The position numbers were made by a program, and so were the translations under genes. DNA of 64,000 bases from Candidatus Methanoplasma glyptotermitis (GTDB lineage: Archaea > Thermoplasmatota > Thermoplasmata > Methanomassiliicoccales > Methanomethylophilaceae): contig JAIRYF010000051.1 in the NCBI GenBank assembly GCA_031267895.1, positions 1,561-65,560 on the forward strand. Direction: 5' to 3'. Positions within the stretch are counted from its first letter, which is position 1. Each line of letters begins with the position of its first letter. The notes beneath the pieces were generated by a model. The model saw only the letters and a list, made by a program, of their open reading frames with translations, was not told where the DNA came from and ran no database searches. Below, piece by piece: positions 1-9,231 of this stretch.

Positions 1-1219
1 CACCTTGGATGATTTCGATTTCAAGGACAGGACCGTCCTTCTGAGAGTTGATATAAACTGTCCTTTGGACAGGTCTTCGCTCAGGATAATTAACGACGCG
101 AGGGTGAGGAGTACAGTCCCGACTGTCAGAGAGCTTATAGGAAAGAGGGCAAAAGTAGTGATATTGGCACACCAGAGCAGAAAGGGAAAATGGGATTTCA
201 TAGGCTTGGATCAGCACGCCCTTCTGCTGTCCAGGAACCTCAACGCACCGGTGAAATACGTTAATGATATCATCGGTGCCGAGGCAAAGAAAGCAATCTC
301 CGGACTTAAAGCGGGAGATGTCCTGCTTCTCGGCAACGTGAGAGAACTGGACTGCGAATCCGTCATTGCAGATATGTCCGAACATGCAGAGTCTGAACTC
401 GTCAGAGAACTCTCTCCTCTTGCAGATTATTACGTATGTGATGCATTCGGCGCATCGCACCGTTCGCAGTGCTCCCTTGTGGGCTTCCCTGCAAAAATGC
501 CGTCGGCATCCGGAAGACTCATGGCAAGGGAGATATACTCGCTCAAGACGATATTCGGCAGACCGAGACGGCCTTCCGTGTTTATCTTGGGGGGAGCAAA
601 GTTCGAGGATGTTCCGGCAATGATAGATTCCGTTCTCAGAGACGGCATTGCCGATTCCGTGATAGTCGCGGGCCTGGCCGGGAATGCGTTTCTCTTGGCG
701 AGAGGTGTGGATATCGGGGAGGCGGGCCGAAAAGTGCTCGCCGACGTGACGGAAGAAAATTTTCAGGCTGCACGCAGGGTCCTGAGCATATACAGCGAAA
801 AGATCCTGCTTCCGGTGGATGCGGCTGTGGAACGGAATGGAAAAAGAGTATGTGTCAGCACAGGCGACATGCCTACACCCGAGCCTGCGTTGGACATAGG
901 AGATCAGTCGATAGATAAATTCAGTAAGGTCATACTGTCCTCCAAGACATCATTCATGTCCGGCCCCGCAGGGATGTTCGAAAAACCCGGATTCGAAGAA
1001 GGGACCAGACGGCTGATGGCCGCGATGGTAGAAAGCAGCGGACTGTCAGTCCTCGGAGGAGGACACACCGCGGGCGCGGCGGAGCGGTTCGATCTGGCAG
1101 ACCGGGTCTCATACGTAAGTACCGGAGGCGGTGCGCTGGAAACGTTCATCCTCCGGGAACCGCTGCCGGTCATAGAGGCCCTTAAATATTCGAAAAAAAA
1201 GTTCGGGCCGTATCACTGA
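1..1219 (+). CDS. pgk: phosphoglycerate kinase (5' end probably just outside window)
   Basis: 404-aa ORF. The N-terminus LDDFDFKDRTVLLRVDINCPLD and the C-terminal STGGGALE are typical of PGK. The frame stays open to the window edge, so the TTG at 5 may not be the true start. Stop is TGA. Confidence 0.9.
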   Translation, partial: TLDDFDFKDRTVLLRVDINCPLDRSSLRIINDARVRSTVPTVRELIGKRAKVVILAHQSRKGKWDFIGLDQHALLLSRNLNAPVKYVNDIIGAEAKKAISGLKAGDVLLLGNVRELDCESVIADMSEHAESELVRELSPLADYYVCDAFGASHRSQCSLVGFPAKMPSASGRLMAREIYSLKTIFGRPRRPSVFILGGAKFEDVPAMIDSVLRDGIADSVIVAGLAGNAFLLARGVDIGEAGRKVLADVTEENFQAARRVLSIYSEKILLPVDAAVERNGKRVCVSTGDMPTPEPALDIGDQSIDKFSKVILSSKTSFMSGPAGMFEKPGFEEGTRRLMAAMVESSGLSVLGGGHTAGAAERFDLADRVSYVSTGGGALETFILREPLPVIEALKYSKKKFGPYH

Positions 1220-2403
1220 GCGTCCCCGGCGTAACAGGGACCGTGTACGGAGGCCCGCTTCATGCGGGCCAGTGCCTCTTTTATGCGTTCGGTCGGCTCT
1301 GTCACCGTCATGCGTATGTAACCTTCTGCCGAATCGCCGAATCCCGGTCCGGGAGTCACTATTATGCCCAGATTTATCATATTCGCAGTAAACTCGTCTG
1401 ACGGTATCCCGCAGTCGAACCAGACATAGAAGGTTCCTTTCGGCATAGCAACATCGAAACCGAGGTCTCTCAGACCTTCGACGAGGACCTTTCTCCTTTC
1501 GGCGTAGATGTCCATGTTATTCTTTATCACACTGGGCAGGCTGCCGTCGTCGTGATACATTCCAAGTGCGGTTATTCCGGCTTTTTGAATGAATATCGGT
1601 GCCCCGGAGTCTATCTGTCCTTTGCATTTTTTCAGTCCGGCCACAAGGTCCGGATGACCGACGGCATACCCCAGCCTGTATCCTGTCATGTTGAATGTTT
1701 TCGAGAACGACCCGAACTCTATGCAGTCGGGTCCGGCCTGAAGCATCGAAGGTGCACGGTAATCGCCGTAGCACATCTCCGAGTATGCGTTGTCGTAACA
1801 GGCTATCGTACCTGTCCTCTGGCACCAATCGTATACCTTCTGAAGATACTGAAGGTCGCATGTGGCCCCGGTAGGGTTGTTGGGGTAGTTGATATACAGC
1901 ATCTTCGCATCCGTCGGACACCTGTCAACATCCAGGAGCCAGCCGTCCTCCGCTCTCAGCGGGATCCGGACGCATTTTGCTTCGTTGAAAAGTGCGGATG
2001 CCCCCGAATATACCGGGTATCCGGGACTCGGCGCGATTATCGTCTCGCCGGGATTGACAAACGCCTGGGATATATTGAATATCGCCTCTTTGGATCCAAG
2101 CGTCACGCATACCTGCGTTTTCGGATCCACTTCCACACAGAACCTCTTGCTGTACCATTTTGCGATTGCTTCCCTGAGGTCCGCCTCTCCCTGTGATGAT
2201 GAATATTTCTGATTGTCGTTATCTTCGGCAGCGATCTGCATCGACTTGACTATTTTATCTGGCGTGGGAAGGTCTGGATCCCCGATACCGAAATCGATCA
2301 TATCCATGCCTTCCTTCCTCTTTACGTCCGCAAGCTCTTCCAGCCTCACGAAAAGATAAGGAGGAAGTTTTCTGAGTCTTTCGGACTGTTCGTAATTAAC
2401 CAT
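1213..2403 (-). CDS. dapL: PLP-dependent class I aminotransferase, LL-diaminopimelate aminotransferase-like
   Basis: 396 aa. RKLPPYLF...IDFGIGDPDLPTP N-terminus and the SFSKTFNMTGYRLGY PLP-lysine motif. It is the last gene of the dap/lys operon, 4 nt downstream of dapF. Confidence 0.7.
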   Translation of the reverse strand: MVNYEQSERLRKLPPYLFVRLEELADVKRKEGMDMIDFGIGDPDLPTPDKIVKSMQIAAEDNDNQKYSSSQGEADLREAIAKWYSKRFCVEVDPKTQVCVTLGSKEAIFNISQAFVNPGETIIAPSPGYPVYSGASALFNEAKCVRIPLRAEDGWLLDVDRCPTDAKMLYINYPNNPTGATCDLQYLQKVYDWCQRTGTIACYDNAYSEMCYGDYRAPSMLQAGPDCIEFGSFSKTFNMTGYRLGYAVGHPDLVAGLKKCKGQIDSGAPIFIQKAGITALGMYHDDGSLPSVIKNNMDIYAERRKVLVEGLRDLGFDVAMPKGTFYVWFDCGIPSDEFTANMINLGIIVTPGPGFGDSAEGYIRMTVTEPTERIKEALARMKRASVHGPCYAGDAQ

Positions 2404-2407
2404 TGTA

Positions 2408-3241
2408 TCACTCCGCTGTTATGCTCCCCTCATATACTAATGTTGCAGGTCCTTCCATGATTACGCGGTCCAGCTTCCCGCTCGCGGCTATTCTGAGCCA
2501 TCCTCCGGGAAGATGCACATCGACGGGTTCATCGAACGGTACAAGCCCATTCAGTGCCGCGGCGACGACTGACGCGCATGCACCTGTGCCGCAGGCAAGA
2601 GTCCAGCCTGCGCCCCTCTCGTATACCCTGGCATATATTCTGCCTTCCTCTATCCTGCAGAACTCGACATTCGTCCTGTTCGGAAAGAACGGATGCGATT
2701 CAAGCGCGGGCCCGAGTCTGTCTGTCTCGTTGCCGTCAATTTCCGAAAACGTTATAAAATGAGGGTTGCCCATCGATACCGCGTTCCCTATGATGCTGCA
2801 TCCCTCCGCGTTGAACGGCCTGTCTATAAATTCACCGTCGTAATCGATAGGTATCGATCTGCCGTCCAGTACAGGGGCTCCCATATCCACAGCGACAGCC
2901 GAGACTTTATTTCCGTCCGTGAGGACTTTTGCCGTCTTAATTCCTGCCAGGGTGCTGACCGTTATCTTTTCTTTGCCTGCTATGCCGAAGTCATACGCGT
3001 GTTTTGCGAGACATCTTATACCGTTTCCGCACATTTCCGCTTCCGAACCGTCTGCATTGATTACTCTCATGCCGATATCCGCTCCGTCACCCGGAAGCAA
3101 GAACAGGACTCCGTCGGCACCGATCCCGTAGTTCCGGTCGCACATACGTCTGCACATGCTGCGGTCTATCTCAGCTGTCCGGCTTATTCCGTCGATGAGC
3201 ACAAAGTCATTTCCTATGCCATGGTACTTCCAGAACTTCAT
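2408..3241 (-). CDS. dapF: diaminopimelate epimerase
   Basis: YHGIGNDFVLIDG plus the two active-site Cys motifs MCGNGIRC and LACGTGACA. Start placed at ATG 3241, which forms an ATGA overlap with the lysA stop; the ORF-track start at 3346 lies inside lysA. Confidence 0.9.
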   Translation of the reverse strand: MKFWKYHGIGNDFVLIDGISRTAEIDRSMCRRMCDRNYGIGADGVLFLLPGDGADIGMRVINADGSEAEMCGNGIRCLAKHAYDFGIAGKEKITVSTLAGIKTAKVLTDGNKVSAVAVDMGAPVLDGRSIPIDYDGEFIDRPFNAEGCSIIGNAVSMGNPHFITFSEIDGNETDRLGPALESHPFFPNRTNVEFCRIEEGRIYARVYERGAGWTLACGTGACASVVAAALNGLVPFDEPVDVHLPGGWLRIAASGKLDRVIMEGPATLVYEGSITAE

Positions 3242-4494
3242 CTGATGAGCCTCTCCGGTATCCTTTGGTGTCTCCACTGCTCCTCTATACATTCCGAGTC
3301 CCTTATAAGTTCTGCCCTGCCGCCGCCTATAAGCACCTCTCTGCACAGCGGTCTGGAGTTATAGTTGCTTGACATCGAGAACCCGTAGGCTCCCGCATTG
3401 TAGACGACGACCGTGTCTCCTTCCTCCGGGTTCGGAAGCGCACGGTCATGAGCCAGATAATCTCCGGACTCGCAGATCGGCCCCGCAACATCATACTTTG
3501 CCGTGCATGCCTTCCCGAACTTGTTGCCCAGTGCCACATGGTGATACGCATCGTACATGGCGGGCCTGATCAGTGTGTTGAAGCCTGCATCCACGCCCAC
3601 GTACTTCTTAGTGCCCGCATCTTTCACATCGATGCATCTTGTCAGGAGAACGGTCGTATCGCACACGATGTATCTCCCGGGTTCGAGGATTATTGTCCGG
3701 ACATCCGTCTCTTCAAGTATCATTTCCGTCAGACTGGCTCCGAGTTCGTCAATATCCATCTCCGGCTCGTTCGGACGGTACGGTACGCCTATTCCCCCGC
3801 CTATGTCGATGAAGTCCAAATCGATCCCGAGATCCTTCAGTTCATTGGTGTATCCTATCAGTACTTCCAGCTCATCCGAGAACGGTTCGGCGGACTGTCC
3901 CCCGGACCCTATGTGCGCATGTATTCCCTTTGGCTCAAAACCCAATTCCTTTGCGCGGATGTATGTCTTTATGACACTTTTATCCGGAATACCGAACTTG
4001 GACCCTTTTGAACCTGTTATGACCTTGTCGCTGTGTCCGGATCCCACTCCCGGAGTTATCCTGAAGGATACCGGCAGGCCCGTTTTTATCTTCGACAGTC
4101 TCTCGAGTGCGGATACCGAATCAATATTTACGGTCACGCCCAGTTCCGTAACGGCCGCGAGTTCTTCGTTGCTCGCGTTCACTCCGGTGTACATTATCCT
4201 GTCGGGCGTAAATCCCGCCTTTATGCAGGTCATAACCTCTCCGACGGACACGGCATCGATTCCGGAACCCTCCCCTTCAAGTATTTTCAGTATCGCCAGG
4301 CTCGTGTTCGCTTTGCATGCATAGTGTATCTTCGTATCCATGTGCTTCGAGAATGCGCCGTATATTCTGCGGTAGTTCTCCCTGAGTCTGCTCTCGTCTG
4401 TGACATAGACGGGTGTCCCGAATTCCTCTGCAATCTCTGTCACCGGAATGCCTCCGAACAGCATTATGCCGTCTCTGCCGTCAAAGTCTCTCAT
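3238..4494 (-). CDS. lysA: diaminopimelate decarboxylase
   Basis: 418 aa with HYACKANT (PLP Lys), IGGGIGVPY and GPICESGDY motifs of the Orn/DAP/Arg decarboxylase family. Overlaps the lysC stop by 4 nt. Confidence 0.92.
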   Translation of the reverse strand: MRDFDGRDGIMLFGGIPVTEIAEEFGTPVYVTDESRLRENYRRIYGAFSKHMDTKIHYACKANTSLAILKILEGEGSGIDAVSVGEVMTCIKAGFTPDRIMYTGVNASNEELAAVTELGVTVNIDSVSALERLSKIKTGLPVSFRITPGVGSGHSDKVITGSKGSKFGIPDKSVIKTYIRAKELGFEPKGIHAHIGSGGQSAEPFSDELEVLIGYTNELKDLGIDLDFIDIGGGIGVPYRPNEPEMDIDELGASLTEMILEETDVRTIILEPGRYIVCDTTVLLTRCIDVKDAGTKKYVGVDAGFNTLIRPAMYDAYHHVALGNKFGKACTAKYDVAGPICESGDYLAHDRALPNPEEGDTVVVYNAGAYGFSMSSNYNSRPLCREVLIGGGRAELIRDSECIEEQWRHQRIPERLIR

Positions 4495-5852
4495 CTGATG
4501 CCTCCCGCATATTTACCGTGCAGTATTCTGACAACATCGGTCACCCTGGACATCGGCACGACAAAGTTCAGGGAAACATCCGAAGCACCCTCGGATATCA
4601 TCTCCACATTGGCTCTTGCCTCCTTCACGGCAGTGAATATCTCCGCCGACACTCCGCACTTAGACAGAAGATTGTCTCCGACGGCGCATACCAGTGCCAT
4701 ATCGTTCTTGACCTCTATCCTCTCTATATCCCCGGGATCAAGCGTGTTCAGCTTCGCGAATATGGACTTAACATCATTGCTGTGAACCAGGAAAGCCACC
4801 GTTGAGAGCGATGTCGATATGGAGTATATCACAACCTCGTTGTCTGCGATCTTTTCGATTATGCGCGCTACCATCTCCGGATGGAATGCGATCTCGGCCG
4901 AGCTTATTGCGATTATGGACAGATCCGTTTTCATCGCGACGCTTCTCAGCATATCATCCCTCGGTTTCCTGAGATGATGGATTATAGTCCCGGGTTCCTC
5001 CGGTTTAAACGAGTTCCTCACCTTCAGCGGTATGTGTTTGATCCTGACCGGTTCTATCGTCCTCGGATGCAGTACTCTGGCACCGAAGTATGCAAGCTCT
5101 GCTGCCTCTCCGAAATTCATCTCTTCTATCTTTATCGCATCCGGAACTATACGGGGATCGGCAGACATGAATCCGTCCACATCCGTCCATATTTCCAGCA
5201 GATCCGCATTCATGGCATTCGCCACTACCGCCGCCGAGTAGTCGCTGCCTCCCCTTCCGAATGTAAGGGGGTGTCCGTCATTCTTTATGCCGTAGAATCC
5301 CGTGATAACGGGAATCACTCCGTCATCAATATACGGTTTGACTTTTATGTTCATCACTGACTCCGTCTTCTGGAGATCCGCGCTTCCCGACAGCGGCCTT
5401 CCTTCTGCATATATACCGCAATCTTCCGAGGTGAGAGCCACAGATCTGACACCCGCAGCCCTGAGGACATGACCCAATATGAGGGAAGAAAATCTCTCTC
5501 CCTGGGAGATGATGTTGTCCCTGTAATACGGATCTTTGGATGCCGCTTCATCCGAGAACAGTTCCCTGAACTTGTCCATCCTTTCTCCGAAGTCCTTCAT
5601 GAACTCATCCAGTTGTTTTCCTTCAAACAGCTGGCATGCGACATCCACATGTTTCCTCTCGAACTCTTCGATCAGACCGTTTCTGTCCTCGTGGCTGCCG
5701 TCGGCTCCCTTCACCAGGAAATTCGTGATTCCGGACATCGCCGATACTACAATGACCTTACTGCCTTTTCCGTCCGTTATTATTTTGGCCGCTCTCCGCA
5801 AAGCCTCGGGGGACCCGACGCTGGTCCCTCCGAATTTCATCACCGTTATCAT
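4491..5852 (-). CDS. lysC: aspartate kinase
   Basis: 453 aa. VMKFGGTSVG kinase N-terminus, GRGGSDYSA motif, and a C-terminal ACT-like regulatory region. Confidence 0.9.
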   Translation of the reverse strand: MITVMKFGGTSVGSPEALRRAAKIITDGKGSKVIVVSAMSGITNFLVKGADGSHEDRNGLIEEFERKHVDVACQLFEGKQLDEFMKDFGERMDKFRELFSDEAASKDPYYRDNIISQGERFSSLILGHVLRAAGVRSVALTSEDCGIYAEGRPLSGSADLQKTESVMNIKVKPYIDDGVIPVITGFYGIKNDGHPLTFGRGGSDYSAAVVANAMNADLLEIWTDVDGFMSADPRIVPDAIKIEEMNFGEAAELAYFGARVLHPRTIEPVRIKHIPLKVRNSFKPEEPGTIIHHLRKPRDDMLRSVAMKTDLSIIAISSAEIAFHPEMVARIIEKIADNEVVIYSISTSLSTVAFLVHSNDVKSIFAKLNTLDPGDIERIEVKNDMALVCAVGDNLLSKCGVSAEIFTAVKEARANVEMISEGASDVSLNFVVPMSRVTDVVRILHGKYAGGIR

Positions 5853-6154
5853 ATGTCCAGCACCTCATTCATGCCGTGAACTTTTCTGTCCTTCCTGCCT
5901 GTCCGTCTTGTTAATCCAGTGCTTCCCCTTAAGGATGCTTCTCCCGATACTGCGGCCGCGTCGGTACCTCCGACAGCGTCCAAAATTCTGCCGGGGCATC
6001 CTGCGAACATTCCGGGACAGAGTTCTTTGCCTGCGCCGTATCCGTTCTCCGAGACAGCACATCTCATAAGTTCGGTATCATCAGACGGTAACATAAAATC
6101 GCATACGTTCCTCTTCGGCCTTCCTGCTGCGCCTCCGACGGCTGTCCGAATCAT
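5849..6154 (-). CDS. hypothetical 101-aa Gly/Ala/Arg-rich protein with 4 Cys, embedded in the lysine operon
   Basis: The ORF fills the dapA-lysC gap exactly. Its ATG lies 9 nt after the dapA stop and is preceded by GGTGG, and its TGA forms an ATGA overlap with the lysC start. No family recognised. Confidence 0.5.
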   Translation of the reverse strand: MIRTAVGGAAGRPKRNVCDFMLPSDDTELMRCAVSENGYGAGKELCPGMFAGCPGRILDAVGGTDAAAVSGEASLRGSTGLTRRTGRKDRKVHGMNEVLDI

Positions 6155-6163
6155 ACTGCCACC

Positions 6164-7033
6164 TCATATCCCCATATCCCCGAGTATCGGGTCCAGTTTC
6201 TTCCTGCCGTCCTCCGACAGAGGAGTAAGCGGCAGTCTGGGGATGCCGCTTCCGTATCCCATCCTGCCCATGACATACTTTATCGGTATGGGGTTCGATT
6301 CGACGAACAGTCCCTCGTACAGCGGCGACAGACAGCGGTTTATCTTATCCGCCGAATCGCAGTCTCCGCTCAGAATCAGATGGACCATCTCCGACATCCT
6401 ATCCGGGACGCAGTTGGAGAGTACCGAAATCACGCCGTCGGCACCGCCGCGCATGAGCGGGAGAGTGAGCGCATCATCGCCGCTCAGCACCTCAAATCCC
6501 TTCGGCCTTCTTCTGATTATTTCATTTATCTGATCAATGTTGCCGCTTGCTTCCTTCACGGCGCATATCCCTTCTGTATCGGCCAGCCTGAGCATGGTGT
6601 CGGCTGTGATATTAGATCCCGTCCTTCCGGGAATGTTGTAAACAACAACCGGTATGTCAACCGACTCGGCTATTGCTCTGAAGTGCATGTATATCCCCTC
6701 CTGAGTGGGTTTCACATAATACGGGGATATCGACAGCAGACCGTCGACACCCAGGTCCTCCGCGCGTTTGCTGAGTATGACTGCCTCGGATGTCGAGTTG
6801 CTGCCTGCTCCCGCCAAAACTTTAGCCTTCTCTGCCTGATCGACAACAATCTCTATGACGCGCATATGTTCTTCGTGGCTGAGCATGGCGGATTCTCCGG
6901 TAGATCCGCACGGGACCAGAGTATCAATGCCGTTCTCTTCCTGAAACTGCACAAGCCTCCTGAGAGAACTCTCGTCGACCTCGTTATCTTTGGTGAACGG
7001 TGTTATTATGGCAGTAGAGGTTCCCCTGAACAT
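6164..7033 (-). CDS. dapA: 4-hydroxy-tetrahydrodipicolinate synthase
   Basis: 289 aa with VPCGSTGESAML and the active-site Lys context ICAVKEASGN, typical of the DapA/NAL family. Confidence 0.92.
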   Translation of the reverse strand: MFRGTSTAIITPFTKDNEVDESSLRRLVQFQEENGIDTLVPCGSTGESAMLSHEEHMRVIEIVVDQAEKAKVLAGAGSNSTSEAVILSKRAEDLGVDGLLSISPYYVKPTQEGIYMHFRAIAESVDIPVVVYNIPGRTGSNITADTMLRLADTEGICAVKEASGNIDQINEIIRRRPKGFEVLSGDDALTLPLMRGGADGVISVLSNCVPDRMSEMVHLILSGDCDSADKINRCLSPLYEGLFVESNPIPIKYVMGRMGYGSGIPRLPLTPLSEDGRKKLDPILGDMGI

Positions 7034-7034
7034 G

Positions 7035-7466
7035 TCAGTTCTCTCCGAAGTGCTCTTTGAGTATGAGCCGCGTACGTGTGCTCAGTATGTTGTCGTATCT
7101 CCTGACTCTCTCGATGATATCGTTAAGATTCTGGGATGACTCCACGTCAACCAGTGCTATTATATCCTGGTCTCCGGTGACCTCGAACACTTCTGCCACG
7201 CCTTCGTAGCTCGCAAGTTCTTTTGCTATCTCTTCCGTGTCGGTGTTTACGTCTATCCTGATCTCCACAAGGGCCTTGACATTTTTGGAACTGGTCTTTA
7301 TCGTGAAACCCCGTATTATTCCTTCCTCGGTCATCCTGTGTACTCTGCTCCTTACCGTGCCCTCGGATACCCCCAGCTGGCTGGCGACTTCCACGAACGG
7401 ACAGCGGGAATCCTTCTTCATGATCTCTAATATCCGCTTGTCAAGATTGTCTATCATCAAAATCAC
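7035..7466 (-). CDS. Lrp/AsnC family transcriptional regulator
   Basis: 143 aa. N-terminal HTH (ILEIMKKDSRCPFVEVASQLGVSEGTVRSRVHRM) plus a C-terminal RAM/AsnC_trans_reg domain. The stop is 1 nt from the dapA start. Confidence 0.9.
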   Translation of the reverse strand: MILMIDNLDKRILEIMKKDSRCPFVEVASQLGVSEGTVRSRVHRMTEEGIIRGFTIKTSSKNVKALVEIRIDVNTDTEEIAKELASYEGVAEVFEVTGDQDIIALVDVESSQNLNDIIERVRRYDNILSTRTRLILKEHFGEN

Positions 7467-7575
7467 CGTGATTGCCTGATTTCGTAAATCTGTTGCGCGT
7501 AAGCCTAACTACGATATATAAATTGTTGTGATTCTCTTAACCAATCAACGAAAAACATTGTCGGCCCCCCGCGGA

Positions 7576-9174
7576 TCAAACATCTGCATCCTTCTCCGGG
7601 CCGCTGTCACGGACGGCACTGAAGTGAACATCCATCTGCGGGAACGGCACGGTTATGCCATTCTCTCCGAAGGCCTTGAATATGGATCCTCTCAGATCCC
7701 CGCCTATCTTTCCGTGATCGTTGAAATCGTAGACATAGCATGTAACTGTCAGTTCTATGCCTGAATCAAGAAACGCCGTGACCCGCGTGTACGGGATATC
7801 GACCGAACCGTCGATTATTACGTTGGGATTGTCCATGGCGGCCTTTTTCATTATGCTCCGGGCGAGATCGATGTCGTCGCCGTATGCGATGCTCATGCGC
7901 ACGACTATCTTGTACGTCAGTCCGTCCCCCGTGAAATTTACTATGGTAGCGGATGCCACCGCATTGTTGGGCATGACGATCGTCTCCTCGTTTTCCCAGT
8001 TTTTGAACACAGTATTCATTATATTGATGCTCAGCACCCTGCAGATCATGGAACTGTTACCGATCCTGACGAGATCACCGGCCCTGAACGGGTGTGTAAG
8101 CAGAATAACCATCCCGCTGAAGAACTGATTCAGTATATTCTGCGCCCCCAGTGTTATCCCCAGGCTCACTATGCCCGCGCTCGTTATTATGGCGGAGAGA
8201 TTGAATCCCCAGGTAGACATTATGAATGCAACGCTCATCACCGAGATCACAAGTTTTCCGAGCAGACGGAGCAGCGGCCCTATGTCGACGGCCTTGTTGT
8301 CCATGAGTCCGTTCCCTGATATCTTTGATGTCACATATTGAACAAAAACCAAGTAGATCATCCAGGCGATTATCGCTCCGAGAATTATGTAAAAGATGCT
8401 GAACCAGTTCTCAGCTGACCCTATTATTTCCTCCGACGCACCGAACACCCTGAGACTGTTGTTAAACGCAAACAGCATCAGGACCATAGGTATGAGTGTT
8501 TTAAGCCTCCTCTTCAGTTTTTTGCTTTCGTTTATGTGGTCGCGTGCTACCACACGGATCAACAGGGGTACGGCGGCCGCAGTGATCAGTGTGCCTATGA
8601 TCGTCCAGAGCAGGAACGTTATGACTGCGGATACCAGAGGGCCGCCGAACGGATCCGGGAGCGGGTTGTCGAATATCCCCAGTATTTTGTTGTAGTTTTT
8701 CTCCGAAGACAGCGGCGAAAGAACCGTCAGGTCCATCTGTACGCGGTCGGCGGTCTCGCTGACGGAACCGGCCTGAAAAGACCTTACCTCTATGGTCACC
8801 TCCATTCCGTAAGTACCGGCCGAAACGTACTTGTCAACGCTGACGGTGACCGTTATCGAACGGTATTCCTTGCCGGTCAGAACGAAGTATTTGCTCTGCT
8901 CTTTGCTCATCGACATCTTGATGGCAGGGGCAGACGCGAACGATACCGTCACCATTCTGTCGTTGCTTATGTCATGAGTGAGATAGGGGAGATCATTTAC
9001 TACCTCCATCATGAACTCGCCCGAGGAACCTGCATTGATCTTCAGGCTTTCCCCGTATGGGACCAGTCTCACGCCGTCAGTGCCGTCCGCATCAGATGGT
9101 GCCATAGGTGCCAGGAACAGCACCGATAACGCAAATATGGCCGACAGCACAGTCAGGACTTTCGCCCGTCTCAT
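7576..9174 (-). CDS. MscS-family mechanosensitive channel with N-terminal extracellular domain
   Basis: C-terminal half has several TM helices followed by GDLVRIGNSSMICRVLSINIMNTVFKNWENEETIVMPNN, an MscS beta-domain signature. Start placed at the Met of MRRAKVLTVLSAIFALSVLFLAP, which looks like a signal or anchor. The ORF-track start at 9339 would overlap the divergent gene. Confidence 0.8.
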   Translation of the reverse strand: MRRAKVLTVLSAIFALSVLFLAPMAPSDADGTDGVRLVPYGESLKINAGSSGEFMMEVVNDLPYLTHDISNDRMVTVSFASAPAIKMSMSKEQSKYFVLTGKEYRSITVTVSVDKYVSAGTYGMEVTIEVRSFQAGSVSETADRVQMDLTVLSPLSSEKNYNKILGIFDNPLPDPFGGPLVSAVITFLLWTIIGTLITAAAVPLLIRVVARDHINESKKLKRRLKTLIPMVLMLFAFNNSLRVFGASEEIIGSAENWFSIFYIILGAIIAWMIYLVFVQYVTSKISGNGLMDNKAVDIGPLLRLLGKLVISVMSVAFIMSTWGFNLSAIITSAGIVSLGITLGAQNILNQFFSGMVILLTHPFRAGDLVRIGNSSMICRVLSINIMNTVFKNWENEETIVMPNNAVASATIVNFTGDGLTYKIVVRMSIAYGDDIDLARSIMKKAAMDNPNVIIDGSVDIPYTRVTAFLDSGIELTVTCYVYDFNDHGKIGGDLRGSIFKAFGENGITVPFPQMDVHFSAVRDSGPEKDADV

Positions 9175-9231
9175 GAGTAACCGGACCCCGTGGGAGAATA
9201 AAATAATATCTGTCGCCGTGTTGTCGGGGGT

